Positions 39,455 through 51,850 of a stretch of DNA of 64,000 nt are shown piece after piece. The DNA is from Botryllus schlosseri. Its lineage: Eukaryota. A program made the position numbers and the translations under genes. Each line of letters opens with the position of its first letter. Position 1 is the first letter of the stretch. The notes under the pieces were generated by a model. It was not told the DNA's origin and ran no database searches. It saw nothing but the letters and a program-made list of their open reading frames with translations. The stretch spans positions 18,848,001 through 18,912,000 of the forward strand of contig CM119379.1 in the NCBI GenBank assembly GCA_051294905.1, given 5' to 3'.

Positions 39455-39935
39455 CATACTGGATTCAAGCTCACCGAAAACCCTGTTTTTCTGTTCTGCA
39501 ACAACCCAGGTTTCATCATTATAACTGATTTCAACAACAATATTTGATCTGTTGCTGTTGACGCTCACCGTAATGTCACTAACGACAGCCGAAATTTAAT
39601 TAATGTATGAAAATGAGAAAAATACATATCGATAAAATCTGACGTAATAGAAAAATTCTTAGCACAGAAAAGGATTCAGCAACTTAATATTAGCCTGAAT
39701 CAATCATTAATTGTTTTTTTGAAATTTGTATGGGTCAAAAAGAGCTTCCGATTGAACTAAGATAGAGAATCACTAGATTCAAGTTCGCCGAAAACTCACT
39801 CATTCTGTACTACAACAACCAAGGTTTCATGATAGATGCAGAGAAATTCTGAGCACAGAATCAGATTCAGCAACCTTAAATTAGCCTATATCAATCATTA
39901 AAATTTTTGGCTCAAATTTTTTTTCGAAATTTGTA
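39455..39935. repeat. Diverged tandem duplication (unit roughly 0.3 kb, second copy shorter)
   Basis: GATTCAAGCTCACCGAAAA...AGCACAGAA..GATTCAGCAAC...TTAGCC..ATCAATCATTAA occurs twice in tandem. Confidence 0.6.
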
Positions 39936-41151
39936 GACCAGCGTTATCAATGTGCCAGGAGGCAAGAAAGCAAATTTTCCGATTTCGAGTCAATTTCAAG
40001 TCATCACATATATTAAGTTTGGAATGTTTGATTTTAATAATGGGTGGATGTTGCATATACAATATACATGCATAGCTGCATATATAGGGTTGTCCGCCAC
40101 GAAATAGCCAAACTTGGTGCCATGTCTTCTTTAAAACTACCGAAATGATTTGAATATCGGCGGCTCTTTATGCAAATGGGCGAGAATTCTATGTCCACAA
40201 GGTGGGCTCTATTCATAATATCATGAGAGACGGAATATAATTCAACGTAAACGACACTGATTGGCTGAAATGCTGCATGAACACTATAAAGGCAGCACCG
40301 GCTTCGTGTTTGGATACTTAGGTATAGTTTGTTAGCAATTTTAGTCGAAATCGCCAAGAAATGGCGACTTTAGGTCTGATACACTTTAACTGAATGTTCT
40401 TTTCGCACGTTGGATTGGTGTTATCGTGACAGTTAAGGTCATTATGGCGACAGTTAAGAGCATGCTAGAGTTGTTTATTGTCGCTATTGGCGGAATTAAA
40501 CAAATCGAACATGCAAAACGAAATGCTTTTCATACTACGAGTCCGAGTCAACCCAAGTCATTTCAGGGCAATGACTTGAGTCAAGTCAGGTTAAGTCACA
40601 CTAACACCGGAAATCACACCTTAACGATGTCGCTGGGCGCTTGATGCGTCATGGTTCTAAAACTGTGGCGCCTATGCTGAAGCCTATACTGGGGTTAATC
40701 AAACCAATATCAATCCCACTGCTCTGGAATCATTAGGATAGTGTGCCGCCACAAATTCTCAGGTGTGCCACGAATCTGTTTGTAATTTTTAAAAAATAAC
40801 TCCATAAGTATATAAAACAAAACTGCTTCTTAGTTGATAAATAAGCACACGCGACCATTACAATGAACACAATTATGGCATTGCCGATCACTAGGTGCTA
40901 TGCGTCGAATATAGTCTTTAATTCGTTCCACACTCTTGGTGAATCAACTCATAAACAAAATTTACTCCGCAAAATATGAGCACACTGCCTGGACTTCAGC
41001 TTGTAGTTGGTTAGCCCATCTGGAGGTAATGAATCAAGCAATCTGTCTGCGAAGAACAGCTCATTGATATACGGAATGTCCTGTTTTTAAGCGGTGTTTC
41101 GGCAGATGAGATATGGTGGTCTCATATCAAATCCTATATCATGATAGGTAC

Positions 41152-41887
41152 TAGAGCGGGACAAGGACCGGATCCGGAATTGGTATCCGGCTGAATTTTC
41201 TCATTTTTGACCGGTGCCGGATCAGTACTTTTTCTGATACCGCTGGAGTCTGGTCGGAGCCGGATCGGTGATTTTTACTAAGAATAGGACAGCCTTACGA
41301 TCCTCCACCATCGAAGCAGTGGCGAGATAGCGCAGTGATATAATCCGCGGCTGCAACACCAATGGGTTCGAGTCCGACCGAGGTCGACCTCCGTGTTCCG
41401 GTACCTAAGTGTTGGAGGTTTACCTAGGCTCCTCCTCGCCACCTCATCCGCGTGAGCGGTGTCTTACAAAAGCCTAGAGGTGGACCGTGCTATAAGTCGG
41501 TAGTTACGGAAAATAAGAAGAATATCGGCCTGGTGTGAATGATCATAGTAGTCGACAAACACCATGAATACCCCGAGAACAAACAAACAAACACGCTCAA
41601 AACTATAACTAAAGTGAAACGTTCATGGAAATAAACCTCATACTAAGTCCGAGTCGGCATAATTACTTCAGATAAGGATCAGGCTTGATCTTTGAGTTTT
41701 TAATTTCCTGTTTGCATTGTTTCAATCAATATTCAATACCATCCCGTCAGTAGTTAATATTATCGGAGTTTTTCGGACGGGATCACGGACACTTCTAAAA
41801 CCCGGTCTATAGGAGTCGGAACGCGGAATCGGTTTAAAAAACAGGATCGGAGTGGGACCAAAGAAGTTATCGATCCGTTCCGCACTA
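41152..41887. mobile_element. hAT MITE with CCGGAT/ATCGG arrays, nested in the Charlie remnant
   Basis: Termini TAGAGCGG / CCGCACTA. Perfect TSD ATAGGTAC at 41144-41151 and 41888-41895. Confidence 0.88.
41313..41592 (+). mobile_element. tRNA-derived SINE family A, nested in 41152-41887
   Basis: Head GGCGAGATAGCGCAGTG...GGTTCGAGTCC and (AAAC)n tail. Confidence 0.82.
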
Positions 41888-43661
41888 ATAGGTACAAGAG
41901 CAATCAGAAATTTAATTCCATTTGCATCATGCATCCATGCATTCATGAATATATACACAGCTTCTTTGTTTTGACTGAAATTAAAAGCTGTGCACGAGAG
42001 ATAATGCTTGTAATTGAAGACGAAACGCGCGTATGTTGGCAACAGTGCAATGTAACCTTGTTTCAGTCGTATATAGGTTCGCATAGATAAGCATGGTCTT
42101 TGAATTAACACATCAATTTTTCTTTTAAAGGGCAACTTTTTTGTAAGTGTGCCACGAGCGTTTCATAGTGTTGCCAGTGTGCCAGAAGTCAAAACAGTTT
42201 GGGAACCACTGACCTATCCCATCAATTCAAATGTGTCGACTCTAATTGCAAATTGCTTGTTGACTTTCTCATATATTAGAACTTCTGAATTGGCATGTTG
42301 AAGCAACGGAATGAGAGGACAAACTGTTATCAACAAGTACGTGCACATCTGTACACTGCGCAATTGTGCAGCCACTTCCCGGAAAGGGATTTAGGAGCCT
42401 GGCCTGGCCCGGATGTGATGTATCAATTTCGCCAGGCATGACAATCCAATTTGCTGTTATAAAAATTCACGGCACGCCTGCTTTCATCATCGACGGAAAT
42501 ACAATCAGCTGGTGTTTCACGTTGTCACATATACTTGCACTGAGTGGTTCTCCAATAAACCAACGCCGCGGAAGTAGAATTATCACAACCGTGTAGCACC
42601 CATGAAATTGACAGACATTCAAGTAATACATCTTCAAATAAAGGCAACAGCAACTAGCACGCGCAAATCTCAACGGCAAACGCATAGCGGACGATTAGGT
42701 AAACTGTTTCTTGACCAATTTCCGGCTCTCGACAGTCTCAACGACTATTCATTTCCGAACGCGGTAGATTAGATGTTATCGGGGTTTGATATCACCGGCA
42801 TGCATTGCGATAGTGTATACGGTACTTCGCCACTGATGTATATCCCAAGTTTGCAGTGACCGCATAGCATAATATTTGTACGGGAAGTAACGCGCGACAG
42901 AACGGCATCGTATAAAACCTCGCCCATTGTACAACATGCAACTTCAGTCTGGTAGATGGCGTAGCTCTATTCGGGTGTTGGAGAAGTCAAATATTTGTAT
43001 GAATCCGTTACTATACCCTGGCAGATACTAAGACCAACCAAAGATGGGATTTTACAGCAATTGTCGCCTTGTCAACGCCAATCAAGCTCTTTCATCAAAC
43101 GACAAATATGCTAAACGGAGTTACATCATTAAACGTTCTGATGCATTTTACAGGGACTTCGGGAAATCGCCGGCGCCAATTCAGACATACTTATAGTCGA
43201 CAAATGTGGGCATTATTTCAGTATTTGTGATCTGTAGACTTATTATATGCATTAAATTCACTAAGAAAATTCATAAATGGTAACTGTTAACGTCGTTTGA
43301 TGTGCTATAAAATTACCTGGTGCCCGCCAAATGGTGCCCACGGCAGAATTGAAATGCCTATAATTCACAAACCGACGAGATAACTAGCATCGATATTAGA
43401 AAAGGATAGAGTCGAGGTATAGGAGACATTAAATATTTTGGCATCACCCGTAATCAAAGTTAGCGCTCTGTTCTCTTTCTTTTTGCTTTACAATATTCAA
43501 CAAGCATAGTCAACATTACCATTTAGATGGGACTCCTAATTTATTTTGTGCCGTCGTCGTATATACTTACTACACAATACACTGGGCATATTTAACCTAT
43601 AAGAATACCTAGAATACCTAATGTATCTATTTATAGATTTGACGGATGAATGGGTCATCAT

Positions 43662-44966
43662 CAGGCCTGTTTATTTTTGGATTTCTCCAAAAATAACAAA
43701 AATAGCTTATTTTTGGATGTTTTCAAATTTTATTTTTGGAGAATCTCCAAAAATAAGAAATGAAGTGTTTTGAGCACTATTACTACTGAAAAAATCCACC
43801 AAAAGTATGTTATTATCATGTATTCAAGTCCTCCAACACATATAGATATCATCAGTGATCTTGATCTAACTTTCCAATAGCCCTACATTCTTCACAAATT
43901 TATAGTCTTTGGCCTGGAGAATGCCTTGTAAAGAATATTAATCACTGCGAGACGCCCCGCCGAGACCCTCCTCCCCCGTGATTTTAGCTATATCGGGCTC
44001 GAACGTCGCAATTGTGCGAAACATAGAGGTTAGGGGTCCAAAAATGAAGGAATGTCTAACTCTTCAAACTTTCCAATCTTCCAAGCCTTTGCTCCTGAAA
44101 AGCGCTCGTCAGTAATGCGCTTGAAACCTCTGATCCTCCACGAAGTTGCGTGCCTCATTGAACTTGACAGCCCGACACCCTCTGACCAGAAAACCTTCCT
44201 TGTGGCGGTCCTCGTTGTCCCAGTCCTTGCCTGGACACAGAGCTCGAAGGCGTTCGACTAGGCGCATGAGCTCCTGCTGCTCCATGATCAGAACGTCAAG
44301 ACCATGAAGCTTCGTGACGGTGGTGCTCAGCTCTGTGAGAGCGTGACCATGCGATCGAGAACGATCAGATGGATCCACCGCTGCAGCGAAGGTGCACACA
44401 CCGGACTGTTTTCGTCCATAACATCAAGGAGTTGGTATACGGTTTCCAGTCAACCAAGAGGCCATCCTCTTCATTGACAATAAACGAGCGTCAACAAACT
44501 TGGGGCGCGCACTTTTCATCTAGCGGATCAAGTTGTATTGTCGTCTGAAGCATCAGCAGATCAGTCCCGTCATCGTGTGGACGAACTGATTGTGACAGAG
44601 GTGGCGGTATATGATTTCGTCGTTCCCTTTGCCTCACTCAAGCTGCCTTCCCGTCTTCTCTACGTGTTGCACTGTGAAACTTATAGGAGTACAAAGGCGG
44701 AGGGGCGAACAGGCAAGGTCAGCAGAAACGTGAAGTGGATTGAGTGGAAGTAGTTTTAGCGTTTCGGTTACCCCCGCCCTCACATAGATGCTGTTTTTGT
44801 GTGTTTTTATGAGTTTTCTGGTCGTTTACATCGCTCTGACTTGTTTATTTCACTGAAAAACTTGAAAAAACATCATCCAAAAAAATCTTATTTTTGGATG
44901 TTTTCAAATCTTATTTTTGGAGAATCTCCAAAAGTAATACCCAATATCCAAAAATAAACAGGCCTG
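43662..44966 (-). mobile_element. Internally deleted hAT element
   Basis: 21-bp TIR CAGGCCTGTTTATTTTTGGAT. Perfect TSD GTCATCAT at 43654-43661 and 44967-44974. Multiple TATTTTTGGA subterminal repeats; GC-rich coding-like interior. Confidence 0.92.
44100..44620 (-). pseudogene. Frameshifted hAT-like transposase remnant
   Basis: Reconstructed across stops and frameshifts: QFVHTMTGLIC*CFRRQYNLIR*MKSARPKFVDARLLSMKRMASWLTGNRI/QLLDVMDENSPVCAPSLQRWIHLIVLDRMVT/ELSTTVTKLHGLDVLIMEQ. DARLLSM sits where the hAT TRW-S-M motif is expected; codon use is GC3-rich. Confidence 0.6.
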
Positions 44967-45201
44967 GTCATCATGGAACTAATGTCCCCGGATAACGTTA
45001 GGTCAGGACACGCCAGTATACCCCTTTAGAGCATCAGTTAAAGTTGTAACGGATATTTGCACAACACGCCTTTAATGCTGCTATGCTTCGAGGCCCTTTT
45101 ACAAAGCCAATGATATAATAATCAATACTCATGTACTTGCTACATTATCATCCGCCGCTATTTAATGTAGCAATGACACATTTGAAATTCACTATTATAC
45201 T

Positions 45202-46259
45202 TAGGGTTGTGTCTAAAACAAACATAAATTTAAAACAACCAGGTTTTTTATTTTTATTTTTCTCGAAGTCATGACGTCACGCATATTCAACTGTGACGTC
45301 ATTGTGGATTGATATTCACAATTGAACAAATAGGGTAAAGGTCCTTTGACGAAGGCTTCCAACCCCTGCCATATACGGACCATAAATATCTTTAAACAGG
45401 ACTACATCTTGCAGCACTTTTACGGTCGGCGGTCATCATCATCAGAACATTTATTTCGTACCAATGATCTATACCAGGGCCGGCCAACCCGTGGCCCACG
45501 GGCCACATGTGGCCCGCGAGAAGGTTTTGAGTGGCCCGCGAGGTAATTTCCGACATTTCTGATATCATCAAAAATGGATTGCACAGATTTTGAGCTTGCT
45601 AGGCCAACCAAAAATTTGATTAGTCTGGCCGCAATACTTGAGATGTGATGACTAAAATATCAGTTCCAACGCATTGACAGATCCATCAGCCATTCACATA
45701 TTGGTATATCTTCGTACACTACAGTAGAGCAGAATAATTTGTGATAGATTTATCAAAGGTAAAAATTTTCTACAAGCTTAGCGCAATATGTTGTCACTCG
45801 ATTTCTTGTTTTTAATATTGTTGCCCTTTTGTGAAAATGGAAGAACACCTAATGTATCAGATGAGTCTAACTATATTCGCAATTACGAGACAAAGTGTCG
45901 TTCAACATATGCGACCTTGCGTTTGCGCTCGCAGTAAGACCGTCGACCATGAAACCTAGGCACGAAATGATTGACGCATGTTGGTCACAGCTTTCAATAT
46001 CGATCTGTCCATGCGCCGAATAGCCCAGTCCTCGCAAACTTATAGCCCAGCGATATACAGCAGGCCCGTAATATAGTCAAGTGACAATATCATTGACCTA
46101 TGAACTTCAAAAAATTTTCGCGCTTCGCGCGGATAGTGGCCCGCGCAAGTATTTACACAGTTATTGAACAATTATACAACTTAAAAAACACTTTATTTTA
46201 AAAGATCTTTGTTCAAAACAAAGTGTTTTAAACACCCATTTGTTTTAAATGCAACCCTA
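45202..46259. mobile_element. hAT MITE family R containing a nested family A copy
   Basis: Termini TAGGGTTG / CAACCCTA. Perfect TSD ATTATACT at 45194-45201 and 46260-46267. Aligns with 7088-7585. Confidence 0.9.
45475..46146. mobile_element. hAT MITE family A, inverted and truncated, nested in family R
   Basis: Near-identical reverse complement of 389-1094. One terminus and adjacent host sequence are deleted. Confidence 0.9.
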
Positions 46260-46359
46260 ATTATACTTGTACTACGAGAGCACAGAATATCTAAACATTC
46301 TATAATAGGGCTTATCTCTTGACTATATACTTGGGAAATGTTGGTATTAATAACTTCAC

Positions 46360-46681
46360 GACCCCTCAAGGCAGCGTAATGGTGAAGCGTCCGGCTTCTT
46401 GATCGGAAGGTCGTGGGTCCGATCCCCGGCTGGGTCAGACCAAAGTATAGTAACACTAGAATCCATGACTTCCCTGCTTGGCGCTCATGCATTGCTGGGA
46501 TAGCATGAAGGGGTGGTGCAAGACTTTATCTGCACCTTCCTTGTCCAGCGGCATATGCACATTGCACATCATGCACTCATGGTATGCATATGCACAGATC
46601 GTGTGTATGTCTATCACGAGTCGGTGTATATACCGCAAAAAACATCAAGGAAAAAAAATAAACTACGTCCTTTCCTTTCCC
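46360..46681 (+). mobile_element. tRNA-derived SINE family B (MetaSINE-like core)
   Basis: tRNA-like head with B-box-like GGTCCGATCCCC, core GGTCAGACCAAAG...TTCCCTGCTTGGCGCTCA. Second copy at 51528-51850. Confidence 0.7.
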
Positions 46682-48217
46682 TCAAAGTATGCAAAATAGT
46701 AATACACACCCGGTCCCAGGATTTTGAAACATATTTACGTAATAGGCTTGTTTAATTGATCGAAGAAGTCGTGCATGTCTCATTAAATCATTGTTTCTGC
46801 GGTAATTGCCTCGCTAATGAGGTCGGAACAGTCAATTCCAGATCAGCGTGTTTTCATACCGCTAGCGCGGTATAATATGGACAGTGCAATATGTGGGATA
46901 GTATGTTTTCTAAATGGGGGTTATTATCATAGTGCAGTCATAAATCTCTTTGCGTGATAATACTCCGCAATTACGACTCGTGGGAACGGCGCGACTTGGT
47001 ATTTACACGTACCATAACTGTCATACAAACATAACTCTAAAGAGGTCCAATTGCAGAGTTTCGTCTAGAGCCAAACTTGAAAGACGTATCTAATCAATTA
47101 CTTCTCCGCTGTATAACGTTATTTTTAGTTTCGCACGTTGCCAATTTCAGATGAAATACTATTGCGTTTTCAGTATCATGGCCCCACCTCGTACTTGATC
47201 GCATGCGATTTCTAATTGCTGTGTTGCAATCTATTTGTTACATCAATTCCAAATTGGGTGCTCAGCAAGACTATGCGTTTCCAACAACAACTTGGATCTC
47301 AGTCGGGTCGATGTGTTTTGGCGTTGTGATAATATTTCGACACTCTAACAGTCTATATCTTACCATGTCAAAGCAAAAATGTGTGCTGTCTTTTACAACG
47401 CTGAGTCGACTCATATGATGATAATGTCAAGGCTATACAAACGTGAGGCATGACAGAGTACAAGGACTCTCAGCAAATGCGCAAGAGATGTACAGTATAT
47501 TCAATATTAGTCAGATATATTTCAGTGCGACAGCTAGGTTTGGAAATCCCATCGACACGCGCACACTCCCAAAAGAATTCCACTGCATAGACATATGGAG
47601 GAATATTGAATTGTACCACTTCCTCTAACTTACACCGGTGACGAATGTATCAACCAGGAAACATGACGGCGCCTCTCGTGCACTTTATGACGCCTTCCGT
47701 AAGCTCAAAAGGAAGCTCTACCAAAACATTACAAACAGCATGTGGAAGCGATTATGAGGAAACGATCATGATCGCAAGAAACAGCTGTCAATCTTTGCCG
47801 TTCCGCGAAGTCATCAGCATCAGACAGAATGACGTGCTTCGTCTGCGGCTGCATGGGTATATAAATTGGATATATGGGTTTGATGTGGCGAATACTAGGA
47901 ATCGATACGATTACAGTGCTCTGCTATATATTAATGGGCGCCCAAATCAGCGAAAAAAGTTGTTAGTAAACACTCTCGACTAACTAACGTGCTTGAATCA
48001 TCAACCTGTTATAAACTCGCATCTGGGGTTAAACGCATACACCGAAAGGGTATATGTCCAACGGACACACCTCGAAGATCGCCTTGATCCTCATGCGATC
48101 AATCGTCTCGCGTCGTTGCTTAAACGGGGATTTATGTCCAAGATCAAGTTCAAACACGTTGGCGCGTACGACCGCACACCTTAGATTGAAACAGTTGCTG
48201 CAGCGTATTATATATAT

Positions 48218-49753
48218 CAGGGGTGGCCAACCTGCGGCCGTAAAACGAAATTTGTGCGGCCACCGACGCGTAATTCCATTACTATGTGTTGGCAGCCATC
48301 GACATGCAAATTTAATTTTCAACTTGACTCCCGAATTTTGGAGAGATTTTAATTAATCTTGAGATTTTCTTTTGCGCTAATCAAATGTGACTTCATTCTG
48401 CGATTTTAATATATTAGCGCCCTTTGCGATCTGAGACCCGCACAGTATGCCACAGATGCGAACAACAGATAAAATGATGCGCGCCTTGTAGAAATATCAA
48501 CTTGGAATCGTGTGCTCCTCGCGAATGAAACATGTTTCTGGTACGTTTGGGTGATTCCAATACCTTTCAACTATACCAGGGGTGTCAAACATACGGCTCG
48601 CCAAAATTTGTCATCCAACCCGCGCAGCAATTCTGAGTAGATTGAAAAGATCTTATATTAACCAGCAAAGTTGTAGCAAATGTTGAGATGTTTTGAAGGA
48701 GTTACACAAATATATAACAAACATATACGAGTTACACAAATATGTAACTCAAATATCTGTGGTCGCACTGCTGTGTCACTTCCAAACCAATAGGTCATCG
48801 GACTTTAGAGAAACCCGACTCGCGATTTTATACTAATAAACCAAATTCAAATGTTCGCGTTTACAGTTATATATTGTATTCCTCATAACGCGTAAGCAGG
48901 GCTAATGCCAGACTAAAGCAAAGGGAGCATAGACATATGCCCACTTATATATTCGTTTGCGCCACTGTTTTATCGTTGTTAACTGTATTCAACTGGACAA
49001 ACATCATATTTTTGCCAATTCCATTGTTCACAACTAAAGGTGTTGCGACTCCTTAGGATAAAACCCCTTTAATCCATCCATATGTATATGCCTAACCAAG
49101 TATTCTAGTGAAAAGCAGTAACATTTTGGAATCAGTTGAATATGGTCCGGCCCGCTAGCGATTTGAAGGCTTGAGTCCGGCCAGCGACGCAATTTAAGTT
49201 TGACACCCCTGCACTATATACTGATGATCCTGATGGAAGGTCAAGAAATAACAGCATGCAACTAATAACATGAAAAATAACAATTGACCCATCAGGCCAT
49301 CACCGAAAGATGCATTATCATTTATAAATTGCCCTAATTTTTCGAAAGCACTCCCTCCATCAGCTCAACCGATGAATTTGATCAGTGATCGGTGATCAGT
49401 GATCACATGGGCTGATAAAGGATGAATATTTGATAGCAATATGTGAAACTACTAATATTATTGACGTAATTCATTCGTGAATCTGAAAAAAAATCCCCGC
49501 TTCGAGTATGACGTATCCTAGTAACTATTCATAACATGACCAGACCACTCGTGATTTCTGTGCTTATATAGTAAGCCAATATATATAAAAAAAGAAGTAG
49601 ATAAGTACGGAATTCACCGAAAATGGACACGGACTCGACACGTGGACAGTTTAACATGGTAATTTGGCGTCCAGTTGGTTCATTTCGTCTATGCCTTGTA
49701 GGCTACATAAGTAATGAAAATGCAGCCGCGCAAAGCAAAAATGGCCACCCCTG
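48218..49753. mobile_element. Non-autonomous hAT element with a nested MITE
   Basis: 12-bp TIR CAGGGGTGGCCA. Flanks ATATATAT and ATATATAG (1 mismatch). Confidence 0.75.
48577..49211. mobile_element. hAT MITE family B/C, nested
   Basis: TIR CAGGGGTGTCAAAC. Flanks AACTATAC / CACTATAT (6/8). Ends align with 28686-29513 in the opposite orientation. Confidence 0.85.
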
Positions 49754-51527
49754 ATATATAGGCCTACTGTATATATGATTTCCCATGTCACACTTTTCGG
49801 GGTCCGATTTGCCAAACACGCGCAGTGACAGTCATTCCTAATAGACATACAAATTATATTTGGATCTAGTGGTGTCAAATCGCTCCTGGACTCCATAGAT
49901 TTTCTGAGAAACCCAACAGCATTGGGTGTGAATAAGGGGGGCTTGTAGGCCAAAAACGAACTCTGGCTTTTAATAAAATTCAACCAATATATTATCATAG
50001 AATATGAAGGAACATTTCGCCTCAGTGGCATGGCAATGAGTGACATCTTTTTAATGACACCGAGCGTACTCTGATTAATGACAACTACTCTGGCAATATC
50101 TTTTACAGCCAGGAAGGTATAAATCGTGACGTGTTTAAATTAGCTTTGCGACGTGATATGCCCGTGTTCACAGCGAACATTATATGTAACTTTATGTTCT
50201 CACGAACCCAAACATTTAGGGGCTCGAACCAGAACATTTAGGGGCTCGCACCATCCCTAACAAATATTTCATTCGCATCAAGTTGTGCTCCGAACGATTA
50301 CAACAGTGCAACAATGCACAGTTCTTGCGTCGCAAATTTCGATCAACTTGTTGAATACAAATCAGAAAATGCTACGCCTGCTTCAAACTTCATATATGCT
50401 CGACGAAATCGTGCTAATGTGCTTTCTCAGCGATTACACTTTTCAAGTATCGAACGGAGCTGAGACCGCTCTCTCGGAATGTTTCATTACATCACAATCC
50501 CACTCCCTGATTTGAGGTCTCCATGGTAACGTCGTCGGCGCAATCTCAAAATTTCTTTGTAATGTTTTGCGATGCATTTCATGTCGGTTTGTTGATGCAT
50601 TTCTACATTATACGAGTTCACTCAGTATGCGTGATTGGTTGATTGGTCAACGCACATCCTGTTAGTGCGTTTGATGCCGTATCAAAAGTACCTGGCATAT
50701 TATTTCAATACAACTATCTGAGCTGTGCAACAGAAGGTAACACGAGCTGTCCATCATACCTTCCTATACGCCCCCGACTATATATTAATAATTTCAATAG
50801 ATTATTGAGCGAGGCGTTATGAAGTCTATTGTGTCATATACCAAATCTACAGTGAAATATGATCTAAATTTATGCTCCTGTACGGCCTGCTGTCAGCTAG
50901 CTTCCTTCATCAGATATCTGAAAACGAAAAGCAATGCCAGGAACACCCGCGTATATGTCGCCTTTCCCCTTGCGAATCCTAGCTTCGCATTCAATGGTAA
51001 AATGGATAATTTCGCAGAAATTAACAATGTGACGCACACCACAATTCAAAACTTCATTACTCTCTTCCTATATGGACTCAAATTCGTAAATCGTACTTGA
51101 AACAGGATACACCGCTGTTACAACAATTAGGCAATCAGTGAGATTAACGACATCGGCATTGCGTGCGGGTCGCATCAAGCAGCTATCAGCGCAATGAACA
51201 GGTGTTTATAAAAACTGGATCAACGGTGTTAATAGACGATGGCAATGTAGCAAAGATCAGAACATGCACAATTTGCATATGCTACAAAGTGTATCGGAAG
51301 CATGTTGCAGCATCGACTCTTGGTAGCAAGTGAACATATGCGCCACACTCGATTAAAACCAGCGATATTGCGATATCAATAAAGCCAATCAACAGAATGT
51401 AATGCTTAACGTCTTGCTTGATCTATCGCAGTAATATAATTGTATATGAATTGTACCAACATATCAACCTTGAATCCAAGCTGCAATAGAATGCGTGAGG
51501 TCAATGATTAATAATTAATTTTAATGA

Positions 51528-51850
51528 GACCGACAAGATAGCGTAGCGTCGGGCTTCCTGAACGGTAGGTCGTGGGTCCGATCAAAAAGACCTGATGAGT
51601 AACACTGGTATCCATGTATTCCCTGCTTGGCGCTCATGAATGACTGGGATAGCATTCAGGGGTGGTGCAAGACATAGACAGTCATACAAGGCTATTTTAT
51701 CTGCACCTTCCTTGTCTAGCGGCATATGCACAATGAACATCAAGCAGTCATGGTATGCATATGCACAGATCGTGTGTATATGTATTGAACATCATGAGTC
51801 GGTATATATGCCGCAAAACATCAAGGATAAAAATAAAACTACGTTCTTTC
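51528..51850 (+). mobile_element. tRNA-derived SINE family B, second copy
   Basis: Colinear with 46360-46681 (TTCCCTGCTTGGCGCTCATG...TTTATCTGCACCTTCCTTGTC...GCATATGCACAGATCGTGTGTAT). Confidence 0.75.

Larger units (their letters stand above)
41051..42035 (+). pseudogene. Charlie-type hAT transposase C-terminal remnant, split by the 41152-41887 insertion
   Basis: EEQLIDIRN...EIWWSHIKSYIMIGT | RAIRNLIPFAS...SFFVLTEIKSCARE.MLVIEDETRVC. The frame is restored when the insert and one TSD are removed, and resembles Charlie ...A.K.LLPF.TTYLCE.GFS...IK.K.R.RL. Confidence 0.8.
40690..42211 (+). mobile_element. hAT-Charlie deletion derivative hosting nested insertions
   Basis: Right end GGGAACCACTG, degenerate left end, flanks GCCTATAC / ACCTATCC (6/8). 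Carries a Charlie transposase remnant. Confidence 0.7.
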
